DNA of 64,000 bases, taken from assembly GCA_016839555.1 (NCBI GenBank), contig JAEOUA010000012.1:32001-96000 (forward strand), given 5' to 3'. The DNA comes from Promethearchaeota archaeon (GTDB taxonomy: Archaea; Asgardarchaeota; Lokiarchaeia; Sigyniarchaeales; SOKP01). Within the stretch, counting starts at the first letter, position 1. Each line of letters starts with the position of its first letter. Under the pieces are notes generated by a model. It worked only from the letters and a program-made list of their open reading frames with translations. It had not been told where the DNA came from and searched no databases. Below are positions 10,317 through 19,995 of the stretch, piece after piece. The translations under genes and the position numbers were made by a program.

Positions 10317-11093
10317 ATGAACATTTTTCGTCTAAATTGGGTATTAATTGATATCATTATTATCTTTCTGCTAATATTTTTATTGGTTTCTGTGAAATTA
10401 TATAAAGAAAATGCACGATGGAGAAATAATATCTCAAATCTCTCATTAGAAGCAATATCGCTTCCATTAAATCAGAATATAACGACAATTCAAGAAAAAA
10501 ATGTAAAAGATTTAAGATTAGTGAGAAATATACAATCCAAAGCGGGAGATAATAAACCACTCATAATATTTAGTAAAAATAAAGCCTATGAAGATTTAAT
10601 TGAGATCTTAACGTACGGATTAGCATCTTATGGTTTTTCTATCATCTCTCTAAAATTTAAAACGAAAACTTCTTTTTCTTTATCTATACTCTCAGAAATT
10701 ATTAATCAGAAAATCTCAAAACAATATTTAAAGTATATTTTGATTAGCTTTGAATTTTCAAAACCTCTTTATAACTCTGTTTTAAATGATTCTAAAAATA
10801 GGGGTATGATTCTAATTAATCCAACTTATAATAAAACTATTCTAAATACTTTCAAAAAGGTATTATCGTCTGATAATATGAAAAATAAACTATGTCTGAT
10901 TTATAATTATTACTCTTTTTTCATCTTTAAAAATAGGAACTTAAAAAAAATATTAAATTCATTATCTGATGAGGAATCTAGGCAGATTAAATTAAATATT
11001 ATTCAAAATGCAAGAGTTTTATTTAAAAATTATGAAACAATATTATTAGGTTTTATAATTCAATATATTGAAGAAAGAATTAAGGATTCTTAA
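10317..11093 (+). CDS. Hypothetical membrane-anchored protein (possibly degenerate alpha/beta hydrolase fold)
   Basis: N-terminal TM helix; LASYGFSII and GMILINP resemble hydrolase strands, but no GxSxG. Confidence 0.45.
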   Translation: MNIFRLNWVLIDIIIIFLLIFLLVSVKLYKENARWRNNISNLSLEAISLPLNQNITTIQEKNVKDLRLVRNIQSKAGDNKPLIIFSKNKAYEDLIEILTYGLASYGFSIISLKFKTKTSFSLSILSEIINQKISKQYLKYILISFEFSKPLYNSVLNDSKNRGMILINPTYNKTILNTFKKVLSSDNMKNKLCLIYNYYSFFIFKNRNLKKILNSLSDEESRQIKLNIIQNARVLFKNYETILLGFIIQYIEERIKDS

Positions 11094-11102
11094 GACTTAA
11101 TC

Positions 11103-11804
11103 ATGTCCAAAGAGCATATACTAAGAAATCATTATAAAAAAGTAATATATTCCGAAGAACATTTCTCTCTTCTTAAAAATAAAAGAATTCAAGCTAAAAA
11201 ATTGTTAAATATCTTTAAAAAGGAAAATTTAATCGGATATGTTTATGGAAGTATTGCTCGAGGAGATATTCATCAAAATAGTGATATTGATATCATTTTT
11301 CTTTATCGAATCCCCCCCTATAAAATTGAATATATCCTAAATAAAAATAATATAAATAAATACAATAGAGAAATAATTGCTGCTACTCCCTCTGATTCGG
11401 TAAAATTGTATATTCATATAACTGAACTAATATCCATTACAATTCCTTTAACCAAATTAAATAAAAATAATCTAGAATTCTATGATTTTGGGGGAAAAAT
11501 CGATTATAAACAACTTAAAAATAATACAAGAGTGCCGGGAATCGATAAAAGGTTGGTCCTTATAAAACCTACAGAAGAGGGACATGAAGAATTTTCCATT
11601 ATTAATCAAGAACATATTGCTGCGAAAATCGTGGGCGTCTCTCTGGATACTATTAATGAACGAAAAAAAGTTCTCCTTAGAAGAGAAAAATATGGCCGAA
11701 CAGGCGTATTTTTAAAGAAAGAACTAGCATTACACGAGACTGTGGAGGGTGCTTTAAAGAAAATAGCAGAAAAAAATAGTATTATTCGAAAAAAAATATT
11801 TTAG
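11103..11804 (+). CDS. Pol-beta superfamily nucleotidyltransferase (COG2413-like)
   Basis: YGSIARGD...SDIDI, RVPGIDKRL, GRTGVF. Confidence 0.85.
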   Translation: MSKEHILRNHYKKVIYSEEHFSLLKNKRIQAKKLLNIFKKENLIGYVYGSIARGDIHQNSDIDIIFLYRIPPYKIEYILNKNNINKYNREIIAATPSDSVKLYIHITELISITIPLTKLNKNNLEFYDFGGKIDYKQLKNNTRVPGIDKRLVLIKPTEEGHEEFSIINQEHIAAKIVGVSLDTINERKKVLLRREKYGRTGVFLKKELALHETVEGALKKIAEKNSIIRKKIF

Positions 11805-11805
11805 C

Positions 11806-12966
11806 ATGAAAGAAAAAATTATTGAGTCTATAGAAGGAAATTATTATATTAAGCAACGCGGGATTCCCAAAGGATGCCAGCAGTGTCTTAAGGGAGCAAA
11901 AGCGGTTTTATTTCTTAATGGAATCTGTCAAAATCCTCCTCATTGCTCCTGGTATTGCCCCATTTCTGAAAAAAGAAAAAATAAATTGATATCTTATATA
12001 GATGAAATCAAAATATCAAGGAAGGAGGATATTTTTACTGAAATTTCTAAAATTAATGCTCTAGGAATGAGCATCACAGGTGGTGAACCTTTACTTCCTG
12101 CTAACTTAGAAAACACCCTAAAATACATTAAATTAGTCAAAAAAAAGAAGGGAAAGCGTTTTCATATACATTTATATACTAATGGTATAAATTTTAGCAA
12201 TAATGTCGCTAATAAACTCTCTAAGGCTGGTTTGGATGAGATCAGATTCCATCCTCCTAAAAATAAATGGAAAAATATAAAATATGCATTAAATAAAGGA
12301 ATGATTGTAGGAGCAGAAGTGCCGTTGATACCTGAGCGGTACCACATGACAAATCTAAAAAACCTTATCTTATATTTAGATGAAATTGGTGCTGATTTTA
12401 TAAATTTAAATGAATTTGAATATTGTCAGCCAAATAGCAAAAATCTCCAATCAAAAGGTTATGAATTGAAAGAAGGAACTATTTCCTCCGTAAAATATAG
12501 TAAAGAAGAGGCTCTTCCTCTATTTAAAGAGTTTATCCCAAAAACATCTTTAAAAATTCATTTTTGTTCAATCAAGGCTAAAGATTATTATCAATTAAAA
12601 AATCGATATCTGCGAAGAGCACCTAATATTAAAACGCCCTATGAAGAAATCAGTGAAGAAGGCCTCCTTATTTATGGTCAAATTGAGGGAAACGAGGCAG
12701 ATATAACTAAACTCAAAAATTATTTATTAAATAAATCTGGAATGCCTACTAAATTAATCTCTTTTAAAGCAGCCTGCATTAAATTACCATATTATGTATT
12801 AGTTGATGATGATTTTTTAGAATTTTTAAAAAGCTTTAATTTAAAGGGATATATAGTAGAATGTCTACCTTTTAATGAATCTGATGAAAAAGAATATAGA
12901 CAAATAACAGAAATAACTCCAATAGAAGTGTTTAAAGAAGAGATTGATTATATCGATAAAAATTAA
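11806..12966 (+). CDS. Radical SAM protein (COG2108-like)
   Basis: GCQQC..GAK, C...HCSWYCP, ITGGEP, HLYTNG, GLDEIRFHP. Confidence 0.85.
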   Translation: MKEKIIESIEGNYYIKQRGIPKGCQQCLKGAKAVLFLNGICQNPPHCSWYCPISEKRKNKLISYIDEIKISRKEDIFTEISKINALGMSITGGEPLLPANLENTLKYIKLVKKKKGKRFHIHLYTNGINFSNNVANKLSKAGLDEIRFHPPKNKWKNIKYALNKGMIVGAEVPLIPERYHMTNLKNLILYLDEIGADFINLNEFEYCQPNSKNLQSKGYELKEGTISSVKYSKEEALPLFKEFIPKTSLKIHFCSIKAKDYYQLKNRYLRRAPNIKTPYEEISEEGLLIYGQIEGNEADITKLKNYLLNKSGMPTKLISFKAACIKLPYYVLVDDDFLEFLKSFNLKGYIVECLPFNESDEKEYRQITEITPIEVFKEEIDYIDKN

Positions 12967-13244
12967 CAAGTCAATATTTTTCAAGATATATATTTATTAA
13001 AAACTATAAAATAAGAAAATTCTTACAGATTCTCTTCATTAATAATTTCAATTAATCTTAAGAAACCTATAATTAAGAGGTTTATTATGAAATGGAGTTC
13101 AAATTTCTATTTTTCAAAGAGTACAGATTTTAGAAAATTTAGTAAGTTTTAATTTAGAGGGAGAAATAAATTTTATGAGGACTATAACACATAATTAATA
13201 GAACAAAGGCTAATTGAATAATTTCATATACGACATAAATAATT

Positions 13245-13724
13245 ATGAAAATCACAGCTGTAAAACTAAAAGATTTGAATAAAATTACTAAATTGGAAAA
13301 AAAAATTTTTAGAAAAAACGCATTTTCAAAAAAACTACTAAAAAAATTAATTCTAACTAGTCTTCTTTTCTTAAAGCTTGAAATTGGTGTTATAAAAAAA
13401 AAAATAATCGGTTTTATAATTATCCTTAAAGATAAAAATAATAGGGCGAATTTAATAAATCTTCTAATCGATTCTAAGTATCATAAAAACGGGTTTGGAA
13501 CTATTCTTTTAAAAACTGCTTTAACCAGACTTGAAAATAAATCAATGGTTTTTAAAAAAATTATTCTAAATGTAAACGTTGAAAATCTGCCCGCTATTCG
13601 ATTATATGAAAAATTTAATTTTAAAATAATAGAAAAAATCGAACATTATTATTATACAGGCGAAGATGCGTATTTAATGGAATTAAATTTGAGAAAAATA
13701 CAAAAATTCAATCAAGGTGCTTAA
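13245..13724 (+). CDS. GNAT N-acetyltransferase (RimI/Ard1-like)
   Basis: YHKNGFG, NLPAIRLYEKFNF, YYYTGEDAYLM. Confidence 0.85.
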   Translation: MKITAVKLKDLNKITKLEKKIFRKNAFSKKLLKKLILTSLLFLKLEIGVIKKKIIGFIIILKDKNNRANLINLLIDSKYHKNGFGTILLKTALTRLENKSMVFKKIILNVNVENLPAIRLYEKFNFKIIEKIEHYYYTGEDAYLMELNLRKIQKFNQGA

Positions 13725-13874
13725 AAAGTTCAAATTTAGTGAAATAAGATTATTTTTCATTTAAAAAGAATCTATTCATCAAAATTTAAATAGATAAACT
13801 TTTTTTTATGTTATAATAAGAATATAAGAATATAAATATAGTAAATTTCTAAATTTAAAAGGTGTGTTATAAAC

Positions 13875-14036
13875 GTGACCCCCGAATTAGATGACGAATT
13901 AAAAAATGAGATTAGAAAAGGAGTAAAGCTCCAAAAAGTCGATGAGGCGGAGTTAAGAAGGAGGGAAGAAGAGAAAAAAAAGCGACTAGCAGAGCTTGAA
14001 AAAGTAAAACAAGCCCTTGAAAAGCCAAATCCATAA
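13875..14036 (+). CDS. 53-aa small protein with a WH2-like actin-binding motif
   Basis: Not in ORF track. SD-like AGGTGTG at 13860, GTG start; MTPELDDELKNEIRKGVKLQKVDEAELRRREEEKKKRLAELEKVKQALEKPNP*; coding-like purine-rich island in an AT-rich spacer, T-tract downstream. Confidence 0.75.
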   Translation: MTPELDDELKNEIRKGVKLQKVDEAELRRREEEKKKRLAELEKVKQALEKPNP

Positions 14037-14187
14037 ATAATAACTTGTTTTATTGCTATTTTTTTATTTTTTTTTGAATAGATTTTAAATCCATTAATTT
14101 AAAATAGTTTTTTCTTATTAGAATTAATCTTTTCTTTTACGCTTTACTCTTATATTCAAATAATATCAAATAGGCTTACGGATCACA

Positions 14188-15261
14188 ATGAGAATTCTAG
14201 CACAAGATAAAAAAAAAGGAGAAATCACGGTAATAGTAGAAAATCTAAATGATTTATGGTCATTATATAATATTATTACTAAAGGGGATACAGTGATCGC
14301 TTTAACTCAAAGAAGGGTTGTTATGAAAGAAGGTTCTACAGGGGAGAGAAAATTGATGAAACTAACATTATCTGTAGAGGATGCTGCATTCCATGAATTT
14401 ACTAACCGATTGCGGATAAAGGGGACCATTTTAGAAGGACCTAAGGATTATGTAAGCTATGGGTCTTATCATACATTTAATATAGAAATAAATCATGAAC
14501 TCACTATAATAAAAGATGAATGGTTAAATCAAGATCTCAAGAGATTAAAAGAGTCTTCTAAATTATCATCAAATTTTGTTATGTTAATAATAGCTATTGA
14601 ATCTGGATTAGCAAATATCGCTTACTCTACAAATTATAGTTATAAGAAAATTGCAACTGTTACTAAAAATATTCCGGGAAAGCGATATGAGCAATCATTT
14701 CGCAATAAATTTTTAAAAGATTTTTTTGAGGACATTAAAAGGATTATTGAAACTAGAGTTCAAAATAAGGATGTGAATCTTATAATCCTATGTGGTCCGG
14801 GTACTATCAAAGATAAATTAGCAAAACATCTCAAAGCAACTGCTAATGAGGAATATATTAATAAAATAAAAGTAATCCAAGCGAGTTCAGGAACGGAAAG
14901 TGCTATTTATGAGGCATTAAAATCTGATGAAATGGCTAATATAAAAAATAAAGCAAAAATTCTCCAAGAAACAAAAAAAATTGAAAATGTATTAGCTCAA
15001 TTTGGGAAGGATCCCGATCTTGTCGCAATTGGATTCGATGAAATTACTGAAGCGGCACAAAGAGGTGCTATTGACCAGTTATTAGTCGCAGATACTATAA
15101 TTCGAGGAGCTTCTAAATCAAACAGATTAAAAATAGAGGATATAATAAACCAAGTGGAATATGCAGGGGGAAAAGTCGATATTTTAAATTCAAAACATCC
15201 CGCAGGAGAGCGGCTAGTCGACTTAGGCTCACTTGTGGGAATTTTACGATATAAATTCTGA
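14188..15261 (+). CDS. pelA: mRNA surveillance protein Pelota/Dom34
   Basis: ENLNDLWSLYNII, RLRIKG, GSYHTF, GILRY; eRF1-like domains. Confidence 0.95.
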   Translation: MRILAQDKKKGEITVIVENLNDLWSLYNIITKGDTVIALTQRRVVMKEGSTGERKLMKLTLSVEDAAFHEFTNRLRIKGTILEGPKDYVSYGSYHTFNIEINHELTIIKDEWLNQDLKRLKESSKLSSNFVMLIIAIESGLANIAYSTNYSYKKIATVTKNIPGKRYEQSFRNKFLKDFFEDIKRIIETRVQNKDVNLIILCGPGTIKDKLAKHLKATANEEYINKIKVIQASSGTESAIYEALKSDEMANIKNKAKILQETKKIENVLAQFGKDPDLVAIGFDEITEAAQRGAIDQLLVADTIIRGASKSNRLKIEDIINQVEYAGGKVDILNSKHPAGERLVDLGSLVGILRYKF

Positions 15262-15291
15262 TTATAGGCAAATCTCTAATTAATAACTTTC

Positions 15292-16347
15292 ATGGTAAAA
15301 ATTAAAAAATCCGATATGAATGAAATTATATATGTGAATAAAAAATCGAAAATCCCATTATTGGGTTTAGATTTTCTGGGAATTATAGATCGGGGTACAA
15401 ATATTATTGAATTAAAGCCAATCACTTTATGTAATCTAAAATGCCGATATTGTTTTGTAAGTGCTGGAGAATATGATACTAATTTTATAATCGATTCTCA
15501 ATACCTGATAGAACAAGTCCAGACAATTGCTGAATTCAAAGGACATTATAATCTCGAAATTCACTTAGCCCCCTACGGAGAAATCTTACTATATAAGAAT
15601 TTATATGATCTTATTGATTCTCTATGGGAAATCAAGGGAATTGAGATTATTTCGATGCAAACAAACGGTTTACTACTAAATCCTGATATTATTAAGGAAT
15701 TTTCAGAGCATAATTTAACAAGAATTAATATAAGTGTAAATACTTTTAATCCTCGACTTGCTCAATATCTATGTGCTACTGATAACTATAATGTGGAAAT
15801 TCTATTAAGAAATATTCATATGTTATTAGACTCTAATATTAATGTTTTAATTGCTCCGGTTTGGTTTCCCGGTGAAAACAGAAATGATATCATGGAAATT
15901 ATTCAATTTATAGTAAATTTAAGAGATGAAGGATATACTAAAGAGCAAATTCAATTAGGGATTCAAAAATATTTAGTATATAAAACAGGAAGGAAATTAA
16001 AAAAAATCAAACCTAGGTCTTGGGGGTATTTTTATCACCAATTATCTGAGTTAGAAAATAAATATAATATTAAATTGAAATTAGGACCGAAAGATTTTGG
16101 AATTCATTCTCGCCCACTTTTTAATTTTCCCCTTAAAGAAGGTGAGATCATTTCAGTTGAAATTGTCTCTAAAGGAAGGTGGAAGAATGAATGTATTGGT
16201 AAAATAAATAATCAATTTTGTACTAAAGTCCTTTTAAATTATCCATTAGAGTATTCGAAAGATCTATTAGGGAAGAATATTAAGGTTAAGATATTAAAAG
16301 CAAAGAATACGGAGAATCTAATAACTTCATATGTGCCCTATCAATGA
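15292..16347 (+). CDS. Radical SAM protein with C-terminal TRAM-like domain (COG2100-like)
   Basis: IDRGTNIIE, CNLKCRYC, SMQTNG, GIQKYL. Confidence 0.85.
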   Translation: MVKIKKSDMNEIIYVNKKSKIPLLGLDFLGIIDRGTNIIELKPITLCNLKCRYCFVSAGEYDTNFIIDSQYLIEQVQTIAEFKGHYNLEIHLAPYGEILLYKNLYDLIDSLWEIKGIEIISMQTNGLLLNPDIIKEFSEHNLTRINISVNTFNPRLAQYLCATDNYNVEILLRNIHMLLDSNINVLIAPVWFPGENRNDIMEIIQFIVNLRDEGYTKEQIQLGIQKYLVYKTGRKLKKIKPRSWGYFYHQLSELENKYNIKLKLGPKDFGIHSRPLFNFPLKEGEIISVEIVSKGRWKNECIGKINNQFCTKVLLNYPLEYSKDLLGKNIKVKILKAKNTENLITSYVPYQ

Positions 16348-16580
16348 TATATTATTAAAAATACTCTTAATATTTCGCTGCTTTGAAGATAGAGAATAAT
16401 ATAAAAGGAAATAATGAGGTTTTTTTTCAACAAAATAATCTCTCTAAAGAATTTAGAAAAATTGAGAAAAACGAATCTACATTAAATTGATCTATTAGAA
16501 CATAAATATAAATAGTCTCTCTTTTTATAAATTATACAAGAATAATTCAAATTAATATCTATTTGAAAAAATAAATTATT

Positions 16581-17219
16581 GTGAGTCTTATGCCCATTTT
16601 AACGAGTGAAGATGAATTAGATTTATCAAAATTAGAAAATGAATTAGCTAATGAATTAGAAAACCATGCGAAGGCAGAAAATAAAGTAGTTAAAGCAAGA
16701 AAAAAATTAGCCGAAAAAGTAACTGATATGTATATTACACGAGGATCCTTTAACAGAACTATGCGAGATGTGTTAAAACAAATACAGATGCTCGCCCGAG
16801 AACATAAATCAAACGTGAAAGAGGAAGATGTTAATGCCCTCACAGATCTAATAAAAAGAAGCGAAATAAATCTCGAAGCACATAAAAAATATGTTGATGT
16901 GATCAAAGAATTAACCTTAAGAAAGGATTATATGATTGAAAAGCAAATTGAATTTGCTCAAGCTTTAAAAATTGTTGCCGATAGAAGAAAGGTAGTAATT
17001 AAAAAAGCTTTAGATGTTGAAAAGATAAAAAATAAGATGGTAGAAGGCGATAAATTAAAAGAATTGGATCAAGAACAAAAAGATAAACAGAGAGAATTCG
17101 ATAGAGCAAGGGATATTCTCCTAAAAAAAATTGAGCAATTTAAAGATGTGTGCGATGAGATTCAATCAGATCTCTCGAAAAATAAAGATATTCTTAGCGA
17201 TCCCCATGCCTATTTATAA
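16581..17219 (+). CDS. All-helical coiled-coil protein, BAR-domain-like
   Basis: About 210 aa of long amphipathic helices with a basic tip (RRKVVIKKALDVEKIKNK); size and pattern fit a three-helix BAR bundle. Confidence 0.5.
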   Translation: MSLMPILTSEDELDLSKLENELANELENHAKAENKVVKARKKLAEKVTDMYITRGSFNRTMRDVLKQIQMLAREHKSNVKEEDVNALTDLIKRSEINLEAHKKYVDVIKELTLRKDYMIEKQIEFAQALKIVADRRKVVIKKALDVEKIKNKMVEGDKLKELDQEQKDKQREFDRARDILLKKIEQFKDVCDEIQSDLSKNKDILSDPHAYL

Positions 17220-17526
17220 TTAGTATTTCCGTTTGCTAAATCTTAATGTTTTCACAATCACTTTCTCTCATATTCCTTTTTTCTTATTATTTCTAATTAA
17301 AATTAATTCATTAAAAAAATGGAGTAATTCATCGAATTATTTCCTTAGATAAACTCATTTTTATGTTGACATAAAAGAATAAGGAATATAGGATAAAGAT
17401 TAAATATAAATATAAAAATTAATATAAAATAATAGTAGATTAAAAATAGTAAATGGGAATAAAATTAGAAAAAATTATTTTTAATTTATCCTAAATAAAG
17501 AAAACGAGAAAAAAAGGAGTATTAAA

Positions 17527-18009
17527 ATGGCAGAAGAATTCACACGCTACTTAGAAGAAGCCAGAAAGGAACCTTTGGAACAAAAGGTGAATGACTTTGG
17601 CGAAATTGTAGAAAAAATAATGCGTATTATCCTTAAAATCCCTGATTTAGTGGATCAATCACTTGGGAGAATGAACCAAAAAATATCCGCATTAGAATCT
17701 AACATTAATCGATTAAATAATCAAATATCAAGCGGTCAACCATCAGCTGGTGGTTCAGCACCAGAGATTGGTGCCTCAGTACCGAAAGCTAGTGTCTCAT
17801 CACTTTCAGCCCCAAGTGGTCCTCCGGGAACACCCCCACCCTCAAGTGGTCCTCCGGGAACACCACCTCCTTCGGGCGGTCCCCCAGGTGGTCCCCCAGG
17901 AGGTCCTCCAGGTGGCTCACCAAGACCAGCTGGGCCTGTATCATTACGAGGGGCTATTATGAGTGAATTAAAAGAATTGTTCGCAAAGAGACAGCAATCT
18001 CAAGGCTAA
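17527..18009 (+). CDS. Coiled-coil / proline-rich / C-terminal amphipathic helix protein (WAVE/WASH/VASP-like architecture)
   Basis: Strong SD AAGGAG; N-terminal coiled coil, GPPGTPPP repeats, C-terminal SLRGAIMSELKELFAKRQ. Confidence 0.6.
   Translation: MAEEFTRYLEEARKEPLEQKVNDFGEIVEKIMRIILKIPDLVDQSLGRMNQKISALESNINRLNNQISSGQPSAGGSAPEIGASVPKASVSSLSAPSGPPGTPPPSSGPPGTPPPSGGPPGGPPGGPPGGSPRPAGPVSLRGAIMSELKELFAKRQQSQG
17813..17915 (+). repeat. Intragenic tandem repeats encoding the Pro/Gly-rich linker
   Basis: CAAGTGGTCCTCCGGGAACACC twice (17813, 17843; 30-nt period), followed by three 12-nt GGTCCyCCAGGw units. Confidence 0.85.
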
Positions 18010-18254
18010 TTTATTAGAATTAAAAGCTCTACTTAATCTGATGATTTATTTAACCAATCTCTTTTCTATTTTATATTATTTTACCTGAAGAATCCCCATT
18101 CTTTTGAAGAGATAAATATTTTTTACTTTTTTAGTTATAAGAAGAAAAGTTTTATTAATTCATGGAAATGTATTTAGATAGCAAAAAATTAAAAAAAATC
18201 TAAAAACTAAAAACATTATAATATTTAAAATATTTTGGAGGAATTTTAAATCTA

Positions 18255-19994
18255 TTGTCTAAATTTGGAACAATTACTGACTCGAACAAAAATGTGAAGG
18301 TTCATCACGATCTGATGCGACAAGTCTTAGAAATTCTGTCCCTCATTAGAGTGATGAATAATTATTATTATAAAAAAAAAGAAATTCAAGAGAAGATTAG
18401 ACCTACCATCTCCTCTTTTATCTATGAATTAAAAGGATTAGAGAAAAACAAGGACTGGCTTTTTAGTATTCCTTCCGTATTAAGTACTATTAATCAAGAA
18501 TTTGTCAACAAAAACGATTCCTTTCGATTTCCAGACGGTATTATCCTTTTTGAAGCATGGATGAATTTAGGTCTCGAAAGTTTATATCCGCAGATTGTAT
18601 TTTGCTTTAAGGTTCCTGGTTTTCTTAAAGGTGAGAAATCTCGATATATTTTTCAGTTTGTTTTTTCCATATCACGAGGAATTGGATTCCCGATCTATTT
18701 TTCTCCAGAATATTATAATTATACTCCTAAATTTTTGAAATATCTAAATCCTCTATTTAAATGGATTTATAAAATTTCCCATTTTAACAATATTCTTATA
18801 AAAGGAGCGATTGAAAATAGATTAAATACAAAACGGCATCATCCTGGTGAATTCGAATCGGTAATTATTTCTGAATTTGAGAATAATATCTATAAAGGAA
18901 TTAATACTCTCTTTCATGGCTATTTTACGAATGAACCAAAACTATTAGGTAAGTTCAATTCTTTAAATGAAGTCTTAGAAAAGATTATTTTTTCTTATAG
19001 AATTGGAGACCATGCGATGTGTGTACTGAATGCTTCTGATAAGGATATGCCCTATCTTAACATTCCTTTAGTCGATTACAAGTTAATAAAACAAAGATAT
19101 GAAGTAGATTTCTATTCATATATTGAAAAATTAATGAATGTAAATAATCTTCTATCCAAAAAAAGCGATTATTATTATAGAAAAGGAAAATACCTTATAT
19201 TAAATCTCCCTCTTGTGGAAAAATTTAAATTTTTGTTTTATATTATAAAAAAGATATTTCTTCCAACCCAAAAGATACCAGATAAATTTGAAAATATTGA
19301 AAATTACCATAAACATAAACATTTACTCGAACATTTACGAAATTTATTATGGACCACACCCTTATATTGCCACACAATCCATGATCCTTCTAGAATAAAA
19401 GAAATTTTTAAGTTTTCCCAAAAACCGGAGGAGTTAGATGAATTTGAATATGAAATAACTTCCAGAGAGTCAATTTTTTTCTCTTTTATAAAATCGTTTG
19501 AAAAAGAAAAACAATTTAGATTTGAGAATGAAGAAGTAATCAATGCATTGGGAGATTTACGAGATAGCATGGCTAAGATGTGGTTATATTTTAGGGAAAG
19601 ACATTTCAACTCCGCTATTAGAAAATTGAATACGCTTGTAAATCTCTCAGTAGATAATAAAAATTACAAAAGCATTATAAAACAAACCATTAAACAATTA
19701 ATTCCAATCATGGCAGTGTATGAAATTTTCATCAGACCTTTGTCGAATTCTTTCTTTCCAGAATCAATTCCCCAAACTAAGCGTTTAGGTGCTTACCTTG
19801 CAAAATTTTTTACCTCAAAATATAATCCTCTGGGTCTGAGTTTAATTAATTTTTTTAATAAACTCGCATATCGAAATTGGGCAAATCTGGTATTGAATAA
19901 AAAACTAAATAGAAGAGAATTTTTCAATTTAATAGTTAAATTACCAATTTGGAAACATATCCCAAATTATATCCGGGACTTCGTATTAGATTGA
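18255..19994 (+). CDS. Hypothetical protein (579 aa)
   Basis: Long ORF, SD GGAGG upstream of TTG; no motif recognised. Confidence 0.7.
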   Translation: MSKFGTITDSNKNVKVHHDLMRQVLEILSLIRVMNNYYYKKKEIQEKIRPTISSFIYELKGLEKNKDWLFSIPSVLSTINQEFVNKNDSFRFPDGIILFEAWMNLGLESLYPQIVFCFKVPGFLKGEKSRYIFQFVFSISRGIGFPIYFSPEYYNYTPKFLKYLNPLFKWIYKISHFNNILIKGAIENRLNTKRHHPGEFESVIISEFENNIYKGINTLFHGYFTNEPKLLGKFNSLNEVLEKIIFSYRIGDHAMCVLNASDKDMPYLNIPLVDYKLIKQRYEVDFYSYIEKLMNVNNLLSKKSDYYYRKGKYLILNLPLVEKFKFLFYIIKKIFLPTQKIPDKFENIENYHKHKHLLEHLRNLLWTTPLYCHTIHDPSRIKEIFKFSQKPEELDEFEYEITSRESIFFSFIKSFEKEKQFRFENEEVINALGDLRDSMAKMWLYFRERHFNSAIRKLNTLVNLSVDNKNYKSIIKQTIKQLIPIMAVYEIFIRPLSNSFFPESIPQTKRLGAYLAKFFTSKYNPLGLSLINFFNKLAYRNWANLVLNKKLNRREFFNLIVKLPIWKHIPNYIRDFVLD

Positions 19995-19995
19995 C

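Noticed and set aside
17813-17915. GC-rich repeats as a CRISPR array
   Set aside because: In-frame coding repeats without unique spacers; no cas genes.
17750-17962. 70-aa alternate-frame ORF with repeats
   Set aside because: Frame-shifted reading of the Pro/Gly repeats of 17527..18009.
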